From positions 930,001 through 994,000 of the forward strand of contig NC_086110.1 of NCBI RefSeq assembly GCF_963921235.1: a stretch of DNA of 64,000 nt, written 5' to 3'. Below are positions 62,641 to 64,000 of the stretch, piece by piece. Made by a program: the position numbers and the translations under genes. The notes under the pieces were generated by a model that had not been told where the DNA came from, searched no databases, and saw only the letters and a program-made list of their open reading frames with translations. Numbering within the stretch: position 1 is the first letter of the stretch; each line of letters opens with the position of its first letter. The stretch is from Mobula hypostoma. Lineage: Eukaryota.

Positions 62641-63330
62641 CAGCAATCGTGAGTTGGAGAGCTCCCGGGGAGCAGGCGGCGCACAGGTCCGGCAGCGAAG
62701 TTTGAAAGGGGAAAGCCTCGCGGGAACTCGGCTACAACCGGAGAACCAGTCCTGACTTGGGGAGCAGGGAAGGTTCAAGTATAAAAGTGAGATACTGCCG
62801 AGCGAAGCGGACGTGAAAGCAGTGGTCTGAGGCAGAGTGGTGGGGCTTTGGATCATTCGGGCTTCAGCGAGGTAAGCGGACTTTTTTTTTTAATCCCTTG
62901 CATTTTTTTTTTGGTGGAACAGAGACCAGATCTCTAGAGTTAGTACTTTGCTCTGGGTGTCAGATGTGGGAATCCTGGGAAACTTCCAGTCTCCCAGATG
63001 GCCACATCTGCGACACGTGCACCGAGATGCAGCTCCTGAGAGACCGTGTTGGCGATCTGGAACTGCGGCTTGATGACCTACAACTTATTAGGGAACGTGA
63101 GCAGGAGATAGTTGGGAGCTACAAGGAGTTAGTCAGCCGGAGGCTCCAGGAGTTAGATTAGAGGGTGACTGTCAGTGAAGGGATGGGAAGAGCTCAGAGA
63201 GTAGAGAGCACCCCTGTGGTCATACCCCTCAGTAATCGTTATCTCGCTTTGGATGCTGTTCAGGGTGTGATCTGACAGAGGACGACCACAGTGATCGAGT
63301 CTCTAGTACTGGCCGTGATTCCGTGGTGCA
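62640..63330 (+). mobile_element. CR1 5' UTR and ORF1 N-terminus (zinc finger and leucine zipper)
   Basis: VLCSGCQMWE...GHICDTCTEMQLLRDRVGDLELRLDDL; homologous to 52343-52648. Confidence 0.75.
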
Positions 63331-63334
63331 GAAG

Positions 63335-64000
63335 GGATTAGATTAGATGAGATTAGATTATGAGATGACTCAGTCTTCCTTTATTTTCACTTAGAAATAC
63401 ATGCGTTAAAATTGACACAATATTCCTCCAGAAAGAAATCACAGAAACACAGGACAAACCAAGACTAAAACTGACAAAATCACCTAATTCTAACATATAG
63501 TTACAACAGTGATACCGTAATTTGATAAAGAGCAGACCGTGGGCACGGTAAAAAAAAGTCTCAAGTCCCGATAGCCCCATCATCTCACGCAGACGTTAGA
63601 AGGGAGAAACTCTCCCTACCATGAAGCTCCAAACGCCGCAAGCTTGCCGATGCATTGGAAGACCCCGAATGCAGTGGACTCTGAGTCCGTCCGAAAAATT
63701 CGAGCCTCCGACCAGCCCTCCGACACCGAGCAACAAGCACCATCCTCTGCCGAGCGCTTCAACTCCGCCCCGGCCGCCGAGCAGCAAGCAAAGCCGAGCA
63801 CTCGGGGCCTTCCCATCCAGAGATTCTGGATCACCCAGTAGCAGCGACAGCGAAGCAGGCATTTCAGAAGTTTCACCAGATGTTCCTCCGTCCTCTCACG
63901 TCTGTCTCCATCAAATCAGGAATGTGCACGGCATCCTACTTGACAGATAACAGCTATCACCACCGGAGTGGCCACTGCGAGTTGCGTCGCGCCGCCATCT
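63335..64000 (-). mobile_element. Non-autonomous LINE-derived or SINE-like repeat with a (TAATC)n tail
   Basis: Tail complement GATTAGATTAGATGAGATTAGA at about 63335-63360; GC-rich head AGATGGCGGCGCGACG at the window end. Confidence 0.45.

Overview
Eukaryotic, repeat-dense vertebrate DNA, most likely from a cartilaginous fish (ray/shark). That origin is inferred from the dominance of CR1 LINEs, Penelope elements, a V-SINE and Rex1/Babar-like LINEs. Most six-frame ORFs are transposon debris. The host content is a small cluster of paralogous immunoglobulin-superfamily receptor genes on the + strand, built as leader / V exon with a germline-joined J-like GxG(S)xLxV motif / C1 exon / TM exon. Copy B (57598-60426, tail not found) looks translatable, but only via an in-frame alternative splice acceptor. 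Copy A (20643-29517) has its V exon split by a 5'-truncated CR1, into which a young 5.06-kb Gmr1-type Gypsy element (880-bp LTRs, AGTA TSD) later inserted. A third, 5'-truncated copy A' (29974-30747) is fused to copy A's intron at a CAAG microhomology. Other highlights: a head-to-head Penelope palindrome (13198-15578) with one intact minimal hammerhead ribozyme and one mutated copy; two independent solo LTRs with 5-bp TSDs; and an old PNMA-type gag LTR element. No rRNA, tRNA gene or CRISPR array was found. Boundaries of decayed repeats are approximate; exon, LTR and TSD coordinates were read base by base.
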